Made by a program: the position numbers and the translations under genes | NCBI GenBank assembly: GCA_963668315.1 | Contig: OY764216.1 | Coordinates: 448,001-512,000, forward strand | Reading direction: 5' to 3' | Length of the DNA: 64,000 nt | DNA from: Spirochaetia bacterium | GTDB taxonomy: Bacteria > Spirochaetota > Spirochaetia > DSM-2461 | Shown here: in pieces, positions 50,698 through 58,374 of the stretch | Layout: each line of letters begins with the position of its first letter | Numbering within the stretch: position 1 is the first letter of the stretch | Notes under the pieces: generated by a model | Told to the model about the DNA's origin: nothing | The model's database searches: none | The model's input: only the letters and a program-made list of their open reading frames with translations

Positions 50698-51975
50698 TCA
50701 GTCGGCGTTCCGATAGAGACGTAAGCCCGCAGGAGTTATAGCAATAGATGGTATATTGGCAAAGATATTACCAATCTGCATGATACTGCTACTATCACAC
50801 CAACTCCCGCCAAGAAGCAGCCGGTTTGTCCCTTGATCACTATATACGGTTTCCCAGTCAAAATTCCACTCGTGAACATTTCCGCTCATATCGTAACAGC
50901 CCAGGGCATTGGCAGCCTTGCTTTTTACCGCGGCGGTAGAACTGCCGGAATTCGAGTCGTATACGGCGACATTGCCCAGTACGGCGGCATCATCAAAGTC
51001 CGCCGCCGCTCCGCTGGCGTAACTCCCGGGGGTCCAGCTGCTGCCGTCAATATAACGGGCGGCACACTCCCATTCGTACATTGCGGGAAGGCGGAAGCCG
51101 GTGCCGTCGGGGTTCACATAGGGATCGTCCTGGGAGCCGTCATTATCTCCCGTACCCTCTTCCCAGGTTATCGCAGTGGAATTTGTCGCAGTTCTGATAG
51201 GTGTTGCATAACCGGAATCACTGGTATATACACAGGTGAAGCTGTCGGAATTATGGGCATTATAATACTCGGTCAAGGCGTTGCAGAACAGGACGGCATC
51301 TCGCCAGTTGATGGTTGTTACCGGCTCCTGGCTGTCCGTATCGGTTCCCGCCGTGCCGTCATTCCCGGGAATCCCCGTATTGGCGAAGCTGTATCCGTTG
51401 TCAACAGCCCAGGTATATACGGTGTACCACAATTCATAGGTTACCTCCGTTTCACCTATCCAGAAGGCATCGCTGATAATCTCACTACCGGAATCATCGA
51501 TACCCGTGGGGAAGGTGCCTCCCGGGCAGTACTGCATGTTAAGAGTAGCCGAACCTATGGAATAACTGCGGATACTCCCTTTGAAAGTTCCGGCGATGGA
51601 AACGGTAATCCTATAATTCGCGGAGGAACCGTCCTCAGCCGTAACGCAGTAGGTCACATCATCGGAAAAATTATTGGCCGTGAATCCGCTCGTCTGGGTT
51701 GCTCCGCCTACAGAGACACTCGAACCGGTGGTGGTAAAAGTCGCCACCAGGGCGGTCACATCGGTTCCGTAAGGCACAGTAGCTGTGATATTCGTGCCGT
51801 CCATGATTACGGAAACATCAGAATCCAGGGCCGCGTTGGCTTCGGAGGTAAAACCGAAGGAGGTCAGGGCTTTTTCGCTGCTCCGGCTGCTTGAAGGATC
51901 GGAACAGCCGGCCAGAGAAAGCGAAAGAATTATTGCGAGAGTTAAAAAACGTGTTTTTGATAATTTAATTTTCAT
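50698..51975 (-). CDS. FGE-sulfatase/CLec-fold lipoprotein with an extra Ig-like N-terminal domain
   Basis: LAGC lipobox, ITATVPYGTDVTALVATF...VTAEDGS, FWIGETEVTYELW, GFRLP, NALGCYDMSGNV. Start set at MKIKL. Confidence 0.88.
   Translation of the reverse strand: MKIKLSKTRFLTLAIILSLSLAGCSDPSSSRSSEKALTSFGFTSEANAALDSDVSVIMDGTNITATVPYGTDVTALVATFTTTGSSVSVGGATQTSGFTANNFSDDVTYCVTAEDGSSANYRITVSIAGTFKGSIRSYSIGSATLNMQYCPGGTFPTGIDDSGSEIISDAFWIGETEVTYELWYTVYTWAVDNGYSFANTGIPGNDGTAGTDTDSQEPVTTINWRDAVLFCNALTEYYNAHNSDSFTCVYTSDSGYATPIRTATNSTAITWEEGTGDNDGSQDDPYVNPDGTGFRLPAMYEWECAARYIDGSSWTPGSYASGAAADFDDAAVLGNVAVYDSNSGSSTAAVKSKAANALGCYDMSGNVHEWNFDWETVYSDQGTNRLLLGGSWCDSSSIMQIGNIFANIPSIAITPAGLRLYRNAD
51353..51477. 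repeat. 125-bp direct repeat, copy 1 (copy 2 at 52648-52772)
   Basis: By-eye alignment gives 2 mismatches in 125 nt between the two FGE genes. Confidence 0.85.
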
Positions 51976-51998
51976 GAATGATCTCAATTATACCTTAC

Positions 51999-52994
51999 TC
52001 AGTCGGCCGACCGGCAGAGTCTGAACCCCGAAGAGGAGTCTACAAAATACGGATGATCATAATTTACTTCTCCTACACCTAAATAAACAGCTCTGTTGTT
52101 CCAGCAGCCGCTGCGCTGGATTCGATAAATACCTACTCGATCTGAAGTCCATTCATAATTCCATTCCCACACGTTTCCGCTCATATCGTAGCAGCCCAGG
52201 GCATTGGGATCTTTACTCTTCACGGCAGCTATGGTATCCCCGCTTGTTTCGTCGTAGACGGCAACGGCGGCTGTTTCCGTCAAATGATCTCTATCCGCCG
52301 ATGCTCCGCTGGCGTAATTCCCGGGTGTCCAGCTTTCCCCATCGATATACCGGGCGGCGCATTCCCATTCATAACTGCCGGGAATCCGAAATCCGGTGGC
52401 GTCGGGATTCACATAGGGATCGTCCTGGGTTCCGTCATTATCTCCCGTGCCCTCTTCCCAGGTCACGGTGGTTGAATCGGTACTGGTTCTGATGGGGGTA
52501 GCGTAACCGGAATCACCGGCATAAACACAGGTCAGGTTGCCGGAATTATGGGCGTTATAGTATTCAGTCAAGGCATTGCAGAAAACCATTGAATCCCGCC
52601 AGCTAATATTCGTGACCGGTTCCTGACTATCCGTTTCGGTCCCGTCGGTGCCGTCATTCCCGGGAATCCCCGTATTGGCAAAGCTGTATCCGTTGTCAAC
52701 AGCCCAGGTATATACGGTGTACCACAATTCATAGGTTACTTCCGTTTCACCTATCCAGAAGGCATCGCTGATGGTCTCGCTGCCGGTATCACCGGCACCG
52801 GTGGGGAAGGTGCCTCCCGGGCAGTACTGCATATTGAATTCAGTTGTGCTGAGGTTAAAGAATTGGCTGTCTCCGGCGGAAATGACTTTTTCACTGCTCC
52901 GGCTGCTGGAAGGATCGGAACAGCCGGCCAGGAAGAGAAGCGATAAAAATAGGGGGACAAATAAAAGATTCGGTCTAAATAGTAGGTTACCCAT
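51999..52994 (-). CDS. FGE-sulfatase/CLec-fold lipoprotein, tandem paralogue
   Basis: LAGC lipobox, FWIGETEVTYELW, NALGCYDMSGNVWEW, GFRLCR. Confidence 0.88.
   Translation of the reverse strand: MGNLLFRPNLLFVPLFLSLLFLAGCSDPSSSRSSEKVISAGDSQFFNLSTTEFNMQYCPGGTFPTGAGDTGSETISDAFWIGETEVTYELWYTVYTWAVDNGYSFANTGIPGNDGTDGTETDSQEPVTNISWRDSMVFCNALTEYYNAHNSGNLTCVYAGDSGYATPIRTSTDSTTVTWEEGTGDNDGTQDDPYVNPDATGFRIPGSYEWECAARYIDGESWTPGNYASGASADRDHLTETAAVAVYDETSGDTIAAVKSKDPNALGCYDMSGNVWEWNYEWTSDRVGIYRIQRSGCWNNRAVYLGVGEVNYDHPYFVDSSSGFRLCRSAD
52648..52772. repeat. 125-bp direct repeat, copy 2
   Basis: Matches 51353-51477. Confidence 0.85.
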
Positions 52995-53086
52995 GGAAAA
53001 CTCCTGTAAATATGTTAAATGTTCGGAGAGTTAATATATCCCGAAAAATAGGATTTACAAGATTTTCGATTCAGTTTCCCGATTAT

Positions 53087-53512
53087 TTAATGAACATCAG
53101 TAGGTTTTATCTGAAGGGGACCAATCGATCTGCCTCCCTCATCTCCCGTCAGGGTTTTCAGAGAAAGGAGATACAGGGTTACACCGCAGGCAATGAGAAG
53201 AAGAAGAATTCTCAGCCAGAGAAGGGATATAAAAAACAGAACCGAAGAGAGTATCGCCAACCACAGCATGGAGATGGAAACAACTTTGGCTTTTACCGTT
53301 ACCGCCCTGTGCTCGATGTAGGAGCGGATATAAAGGCCCAGGACTTTATGATGGATAAGCCAGGTGTAGAGCCTCTCAGAACTGCGCATATAGCAGGCGG
53401 CGCTGAGAAGCAGAAAGGGAGTCGTGGGAAGTACGGGTAAGAAAATACCCAGGATGCCCAGAAAAAGGGCCAGACTTCCGGCGGAAATCAATAAAACTTT
53501 TTTTACTAGCAT
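53087..53512 (-). CDS. YbaN/DUF454 family membrane protein
   Basis: LGILGIFLPVLPTTPFLLLSAACYMRSS. Confidence 0.92.
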   Translation of the reverse strand: MLVKKVLLISAGSLALFLGILGIFLPVLPTTPFLLLSAACYMRSSERLYTWLIHHKVLGLYIRSYIEHRAVTVKAKVVSISMLWLAILSSVLFFISLLWLRILLLLIACGVTLYLLSLKTLTGDEGGRSIGPLQIKPTDVH

Positions 53513-53602
53513 AGGATAGGCGAGTATAGCATAGCAGATTATCCAGTGAAAACGGGCTGGCCTCCTATAGACAAAAAAAGGCGGGCATCTTACGTTGAGA
53601 AT

Positions 53603-53863
53603 ATGGATTACGTGACCTGCACGAACTGCCGCTGCCGGACCTGGGTGGACCGTGCCGCCTGGGGAGACAAGGATAATTCCATGCGTTTCAAATGCACCCG
53701 ATGCGGTAAACTGATTAAGCTGACCGGATGCTCAAAATGCGGCGCCACCCGCTGGATAAGGGAAAATGATCTTTATGAAAAGGGCTCACGCAAACCGATT
53801 GTCCGATACAGGTGCGAGGGCTGCGGGCGGATAGTCGGTCTCTGCCTGGATCACGATCATTAA
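53603..53863 (+). CDS. Small Cys-rich protein with four CxxC motifs (double zinc ribbon-like)
   Basis: CTNC, CTRC, CSKC, CEGC. Promoter TAGACA-17-TACGTT ends 6 nt before the ATG at 53603. Confidence 0.7.
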   Translation: MDYVTCTNCRCRTWVDRAAWGDKDNSMRFKCTRCGKLIKLTGCSKCGATRWIRENDLYEKGSRKPIVRYRCEGCGRIVGLCLDHDH

Positions 53864-53877
53864 ATTCAAGAATTAAT

Positions 53878-53905
53878 TTGACATATCTCTCTATTAATCT
53901 ATAAT
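53878..53905 (+). promoter_or_regulatory. Consensus sigma70 promoter for the rrf2-tauE pair
   Basis: TTGACA-16 nt-TATAAT, followed immediately by the palindrome GTCTATAGAC. Confidence 0.75.
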
Positions 53906-53942
53906 GTCTATAGACCAACTACACATTAAAGGATAAGCCATC

Positions 53943-54341
53943 ATGAAAATGTCAACAAAAAGCGAATACACCCTTCTGGCCCTGATGTATCTGGCAAGGC
54001 ATGACGGTTCCTACGTGAAGATGGCCGATATCTGCGATTATTACGGGATTTCAAAAAAATACCTGGAACTGCTTTTCTCCATACTCAGGCAGAACCGTTA
54101 TATAAAGACAAAGCGGGGAGCCGAAGGGGGATACGCCCTGGCCCGGCCGGCAAAGGAGATATCCCTGGCCGAGATCATCCGCCTGATGGACGGAGCTCTG
54201 GCTCCCACCGAATCGGTCAGTACCTACTTCTATGCCGACACGCCCATCAGTCAGGAGGAGAAGCTGCTCGATCTTTTCGGAGAGATCAGAGATTACATAG
54301 CAAACAGAATGGAGAACGTGTATCTGGCTGACCTTGTATAA
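53943..54341 (+). CDS. Rrf2 family regulator (CymR-like, lacks the IscR Cys triad)
   Basis: MSTKSEY, YLE, KRGAEGGYALARP, IIRLMDG. Confidence 0.92.
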   Translation: MKMSTKSEYTLLALMYLARHDGSYVKMADICDYYGISKKYLELLFSILRQNRYIKTKRGAEGGYALARPAKEISLAEIIRLMDGALAPTESVSTYFYADTPISQEEKLLDLFGEIRDYIANRMENVYLADLV

Positions 54342-54356
54342 CGAGAGGAGGAAAAG

Positions 54357-55298
54357 ATGGCCGATCCGGAAAGAATTACGGGCTGGGAAGAAGCGGAAGA
54401 CAGAGACAGACTCACCATGAGAGAGAGGGCCCGCCTGACGAAGGAAGAAATCCGTTCTTACGGGATATTTTCCCTCCTCTTTGTGCTGATGCTCTTCCTG
54501 AGCGTGAAAAGTTTATCATCGGATCAGCTTTTCTGCTGGCCCGTAGTCGCCATAACCGTTCTATTCGGATTCATGGACTCCGCCGCCGGGATGGGATTCG
54601 GGACCGCCGTGACTCCCCTGCTTCTTGTCATGGGTTACGGTTCCCTGGAAATCATCCCCGCCATAATGATTCAGCAGGCCTTCGCCGGGCTCTCCACGGC
54701 TTATATCCACAAGGAACTGGGCAATATCTCATGGCGCCTGAAGCCACCGTCCGAATCGGTCAAGCTGGCTCTTATCCTTTTTCTGTCCGGATGCCTGGCA
54801 GCGGTCGTATCGATAACCTCGGTTTACTTCCTTCTTCCCGTCAAGGAAGTATGGATTAAACTTTACGTCGGCTTCCTCCTGGCTTTCATGGGGATTATAT
54901 CATTTTTCACTCTTAACAGGACCAAGGCTTACCGCCCCAAAAAACTTTTCGCCTTCGGAGCCCTGGCAGGCTTCAATAAGGGAATAGGGGGCGGCGGTTA
55001 CGGCCCGGTGGTAACCCTGGGGGGAATGCTCTCCGGAGTGCCTCCTAAAAGCATGACCGCCATCACGGCTCTGGCGGAGGGAATGGTCTGCATTGCTTCG
55101 GTCATTAACTGGGAGATTCTGCGCCGCAAGGGCACGGCTGTGGATTACCTCCTTCTCCCGTCCATGATTCTGGGCAGCGGGGTCTCGATCATTGCCGCCC
55201 CCTACGTGGTCAGAATTTTACCGGGAAAAACCCTCAAAAAGATCATTCCCGCCTACTGCCTGATCATCTGTCTGGTCCATTTCGGCAAAATGTTATAG
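54357..55298 (+). CDS. TauE/SafE sulfite-exporter family membrane protein
   Basis: FMDSAAGMGFGT; NKGIGGGGYGPVVT. Confidence 0.82.
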   Translation: MADPERITGWEEAEDRDRLTMRERARLTKEEIRSYGIFSLLFVLMLFLSVKSLSSDQLFCWPVVAITVLFGFMDSAAGMGFGTAVTPLLLVMGYGSLEIIPAIMIQQAFAGLSTAYIHKELGNISWRLKPPSESVKLALILFLSGCLAAVVSITSVYFLLPVKEVWIKLYVGFLLAFMGIISFFTLNRTKAYRPKKLFAFGALAGFNKGIGGGGYGPVVTLGGMLSGVPPKSMTAITALAEGMVCIASVINWEILRRKGTAVDYLLLPSMILGSGVSIIAAPYVVRILPGKTLKKIIPAYCLIICLVHFGKML

Positions 55299-55453
55299 AA
55301 AGGTCGCAAATTTCTTATCACACAACCTTTTATCAGTCTTGACCACCTAACCCTATTCATGGCAATATAACAGTCCGTTGCATTTTTTTCACCGAAGTCT
55401 CCACCGATGCACCCGGAGACTTAGGAAATTGATTAAAAGAGGCAGAAAATACA

Positions 55454-55885
55454 ATGAAGACTAAATTCGTAAAACCTGCGGACGCTGACCGCAAATGGGT
55501 TCTGATCGACGCCGAGGGCGTTGCTATGGGACGCGTTGCCGTTAAGGCCGCTTCCATCCTGCGGGGCAAAAACAAGCCCAGCTTCACCCCCAACCTCGAA
55601 ACTGGCGATTATGTTGTAATCATCAATGCCGCGAAGGCTAAGATGACCGGCAACAAAGCAAAGGGAAAGATCTACTATAAGCACTCCGGTTACCTCGGTG
55701 GACTTACCAGTGAAAACTACGAATCCCTCCTTGCTCACAAGCCTACTGCTCCCATGGAAAAGGCCATCAAGGGTATGCTCCCCTCCGGTCCCCTGGGAAA
55801 TCAGCTCTTCCGGAACGTAAAGGTCTACGCCGGGGCAGAACATCCCCACGCAGCCCAGCAGCCCGTGAAAGTAGAAGTAAAGTAG
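55454..55885 (+). CDS. rplM: 50S ribosomal protein L13
   Basis: WVLIDA, LRGKNKP, GDYVVIINA, HSGYLGG, GMLP, HPHAAQQP. Confidence 0.98.
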   Translation: MKTKFVKPADADRKWVLIDAEGVAMGRVAVKAASILRGKNKPSFTPNLETGDYVVIINAAKAKMTGNKAKGKIYYKHSGYLGGLTSENYESLLAHKPTAPMEKAIKGMLPSGPLGNQLFRNVKVYAGAEHPHAAQQPVKVEVK

Positions 55886-55896
55886 AGGAGTAAGCT

Positions 55897-56289
55897 GTGA
55901 TTAAGAACTTAGCAAACGCTGTAGGAAGAAGAAAGACTTCGGTTGCCCGCGTCTACATAAGAGAAGGCAAAGGCGACATCATCGTTAACGGAAAAGCCCT
56001 CAACGAGTTTTTCCCCATCGAAGAGCATCAGGATATCGTGAAAAGACCCCTCAAGGTCACCGACATGGAAGGTAAGTGCAATATTCTTATCACCGTTCGG
56101 GGCGGAGGAATCACCGGCCAGGCCGGTGCTTGTCTGCACGGTCTTTCCCGGGCTCTCGTAGAGCTGGACGAAACCAACAGAACTTCTCTTAAAGCCAACG
56201 GATATCTCACCAGAGATGCCAGAATGGTCGAAAGAAAGAAATACGGTCAGCCCGGCGCAAGAAGGAAGTTCCAGTTCTCCAAACGTTAG
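55897..56289 (+). CDS. rpsI: 30S ribosomal protein S9
   Basis: GRRKTSVARV, GGGITGQAGA, ERKKYG...QFSKR. Confidence 0.98.
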   Translation: MIKNLANAVGRRKTSVARVYIREGKGDIIVNGKALNEFFPIEEHQDIVKRPLKVTDMEGKCNILITVRGGGITGQAGACLHGLSRALVELDETNRTSLKANGYLTRDARMVERKKYGQPGARRKFQFSKR

Positions 56290-56298
56290 TTTGCCGAA

Positions 56299-56868
56299 AT
56301 GGAATATTCCATACAGGAAGGAGGATCTACCCCTGGAGTACTTCAAGTGCTTCTGGAGGACGGATCCTCTTTTTTTATAGCCAAAGATCTTCTCTACAAT
56401 AATTCACCTCCCGAGAACAGGGAAGACCTGGAGTTCAGGGCTGCCATTACAGCGGCCCGGAAAAAATCCCTGGACCTGCTGGCCCGGCGGGATCATGCCC
56501 GGGGCGAATTGCGCATTAAACTCATGCAGCGGGACTTTGATCCCGAAGCGGTGGAGCAGGCTCTCGACTGGATAGACTTCAAGGGCTACCTGAATGACGA
56601 GCAATTCGCCCGGCGATGGATCAAAGAGAGGCTCAGGAAACACCCGGAAGGCCCCATGGCCCTTGAGGCGGGACTCAAAAGCAAGGGAATCGACACAGGG
56701 ATAATCCGCAAAGTACTCGGTGAGCTCGGAGAGGAAGAGAGGCGGGACGCCCTGCAGAGGGCCCGGGATAAAATGGCCCGGAGGCATCAGGATCCCGCCA
56801 AGCTGAGAACGGCCCTCATGCGAAGGGGATTCGGCCCTGCCGACTTTCGCCTCCTGGACAGGGACTGA
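56299..56868 (+). CDS. recX: Regulatory protein RecX
   Basis: LLARRDH..GELRIKL, GYLNDEQFA, LKSKGI, LMRRGF. Confidence 0.88.
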   Translation: MEYSIQEGGSTPGVLQVLLEDGSSFFIAKDLLYNNSPPENREDLEFRAAITAARKKSLDLLARRDHARGELRIKLMQRDFDPEAVEQALDWIDFKGYLNDEQFARRWIKERLRKHPEGPMALEAGLKSKGIDTGIIRKVLGELGEEERRDALQRARDKMARRHQDPAKLRTALMRRGFGPADFRLLDRD

Positions 56869-56882
56869 CGGCTTAGATAAGT

Positions 56883-57350
56883 CTACTTCAGCATTTTCAG
56901 AGCGGAGATCGCCATTTCACTATCGGGAAAGCGCTGTAGAACTGTTTCATATTTCCCAATAGCTTCAGCCTTTCTTTCAAGCTGGGCCAAACAGAATGCT
57001 TCATTAAGCAAAGCCATTTCCACATAGGAAATCCTTGATGAGCTGAGCATAGTAAGGAATCGATATTTATCCAGCCATGGATTTCTAGAGAAAAAGGAAT
57101 AACTCTCCTGAAAGCACGGAATCGCTTCTTCATACCTTTTCTTTCTGAATAGCTTGACTCCTCTTCTATGGCAAGATGGGATCAATGTTCTGAGCAGATA
57201 AAAGACAATAAAGTAGATTGAGAAACCTATCACATAGGGGTACTCAGGAAAAAAACGACTGCAAACGGAAAAAATGATCACAAGCAAAATGATCTGAGGA
57301 ATAAGAGAAAGCCATGCCACCTGCTTCACAACGGGTAATTTAGATGCCAT
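56883..57350 (-). CDS. Two-TM protein with TPR-like C-terminus
   Basis: Two hydrophobic segments, YEEAIPCF and EAIGKYE...FPDS. GGAGG RBS; AT-rich. Confidence 0.7.
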   Translation of the reverse strand: MASKLPVVKQVAWLSLIPQIILLVIIFSVCSRFFPEYPYVIGFSIYFIVFYLLRTLIPSCHRRGVKLFRKKRYEEAIPCFQESYSFFSRNPWLDKYRFLTMLSSSRISYVEMALLNEAFCLAQLERKAEAIGKYETVLQRFPDSEMAISALKMLK

Positions 57351-57435
57351 TTTTATTCCTCCTTACAATAGGGGAGATATTATATTTCAAAAACAGCCGT
57401 TTGCCAATGCTGGTCTCAGAGGCCCGATTCCATAC

Positions 57436-58374
57436 CTATTTGGATGTAATGATCACCGTGAGAATATCTTCGTACTCCCCGTGGGCCAGGCCGGGATCTC
57501 CCGTATAGGAAAGGGTCAGTTCCTTTGTCAGCCATTCCGATCCGGTAATCCCCAGGGAATTGGTGATAAGCGCGGTTCCGCCCGTCCAGAGCGTTACGGG
57601 AACGCCGTCATAGGCCAGGGAGTAGTCCAGCCGGTCCGCATCGGTCTCGTGGGCCATGAAGGGGACGGAGGCGGAGGCATCGGCAGCCAGATTGGCGCTG
57701 CGGATAGTCACCTCGTAACCCAGGGGCGAGTTGCTTCTTTCGTGAATAAGGGCGATCCGCTTATCGATCAGATCGGAAGTAAGGTCCAGCGACCGGTTAT
57801 CCGGCTCCCTGTCGGCATAGATATCGATCAGCTCCGCCATGCGCCCCATTACCAGCAGATCCACCGAATCGACCGGAACATAGGTCCCGCTGTCGGTATA
57901 ATCCCCTTCGTACAGGGTCAGAGTCACCGTATCGCCGTACTCTCCGCCGGCGGAGAACTGGCCGGAAAGAAGGGAGAAATAGAGGCTGTATGTCACCCGT
58001 TCCACAACGGCGGCCGCGGCGGAAAAATCACCGGCGGAGATAACATTGTCCAGGGTCAGGGCCTGGGGGGGAGCCATCAAAACGGCCGTGGACGGAGGGG
58101 CTTCTTTATAAACCTGATAATCCAGATTATACCCTCCCTGATCCATGGTCCTGGCGGCATAGGTTCCGGAGTTTCCCGCACTCAGAGTCATAAACCAGGC
58201 GGGGATACCCGCCCCTTCATGCTCCACGGTAATCTGAACCTGTACCAGCTCATCCCGCTCAAAGGAGGCATTCATATACACCGCTCCCGGAGGGGCATAG
58301 AAACGGAAATAATCCTGGGAGTAAAGAAACTGAGTCAGAAAGAAACCTATTAAAAGAACATATTTACTTTTCAG
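57436..58374 (-). CDS. Putative pilus tip/adhesin subunit (two pilin-like domains); probable CTG start
   Basis: Two pilin-like ends (GGEYGDTVTLTL and GEYEDILTVII). The frame stays open 31 codons upstream of the ORF-track start and encodes a signal peptide. Confidence 0.65.
   Translation of the reverse strand: MKSKYVLLIGFFLTQFLYSQDYFRFYAPPGAVYMNASFERDELVQVQITVEHEGAGIPAWFMTLSAGNSGTYAARTMDQGGYNLDYQVYKEAPPSTAVLMAPPQALTLDNVISAGDFSAAAAVVERVTYSLYFSLLSGQFSAGGEYGDTVTLTLYEGDYTDSGTYVPVDSVDLLVMGRMAELIDIYADREPDNRSLDLTSDLIDKRIALIHERSNSPLGYEVTIRSANLAADASASVPFMAHETDADRLDYSLAYDGVPVTLWTGGTALITNSLGITGSEWLTKELTLSYTGDPGLAHGEYEDILTVIITSK

Noticed and set aside
50698..53086. A complete diversity-generating retroelement
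   Set aside because: There is no reverse transcriptase, Avd or template repeat in the window, and the two C-termini do not differ in an adenine-only pattern that I can see.
53012..53440. 142-aa plus-strand ORF
   Set aside because: It is antisense to the clear YbaN/DUF454 gene.
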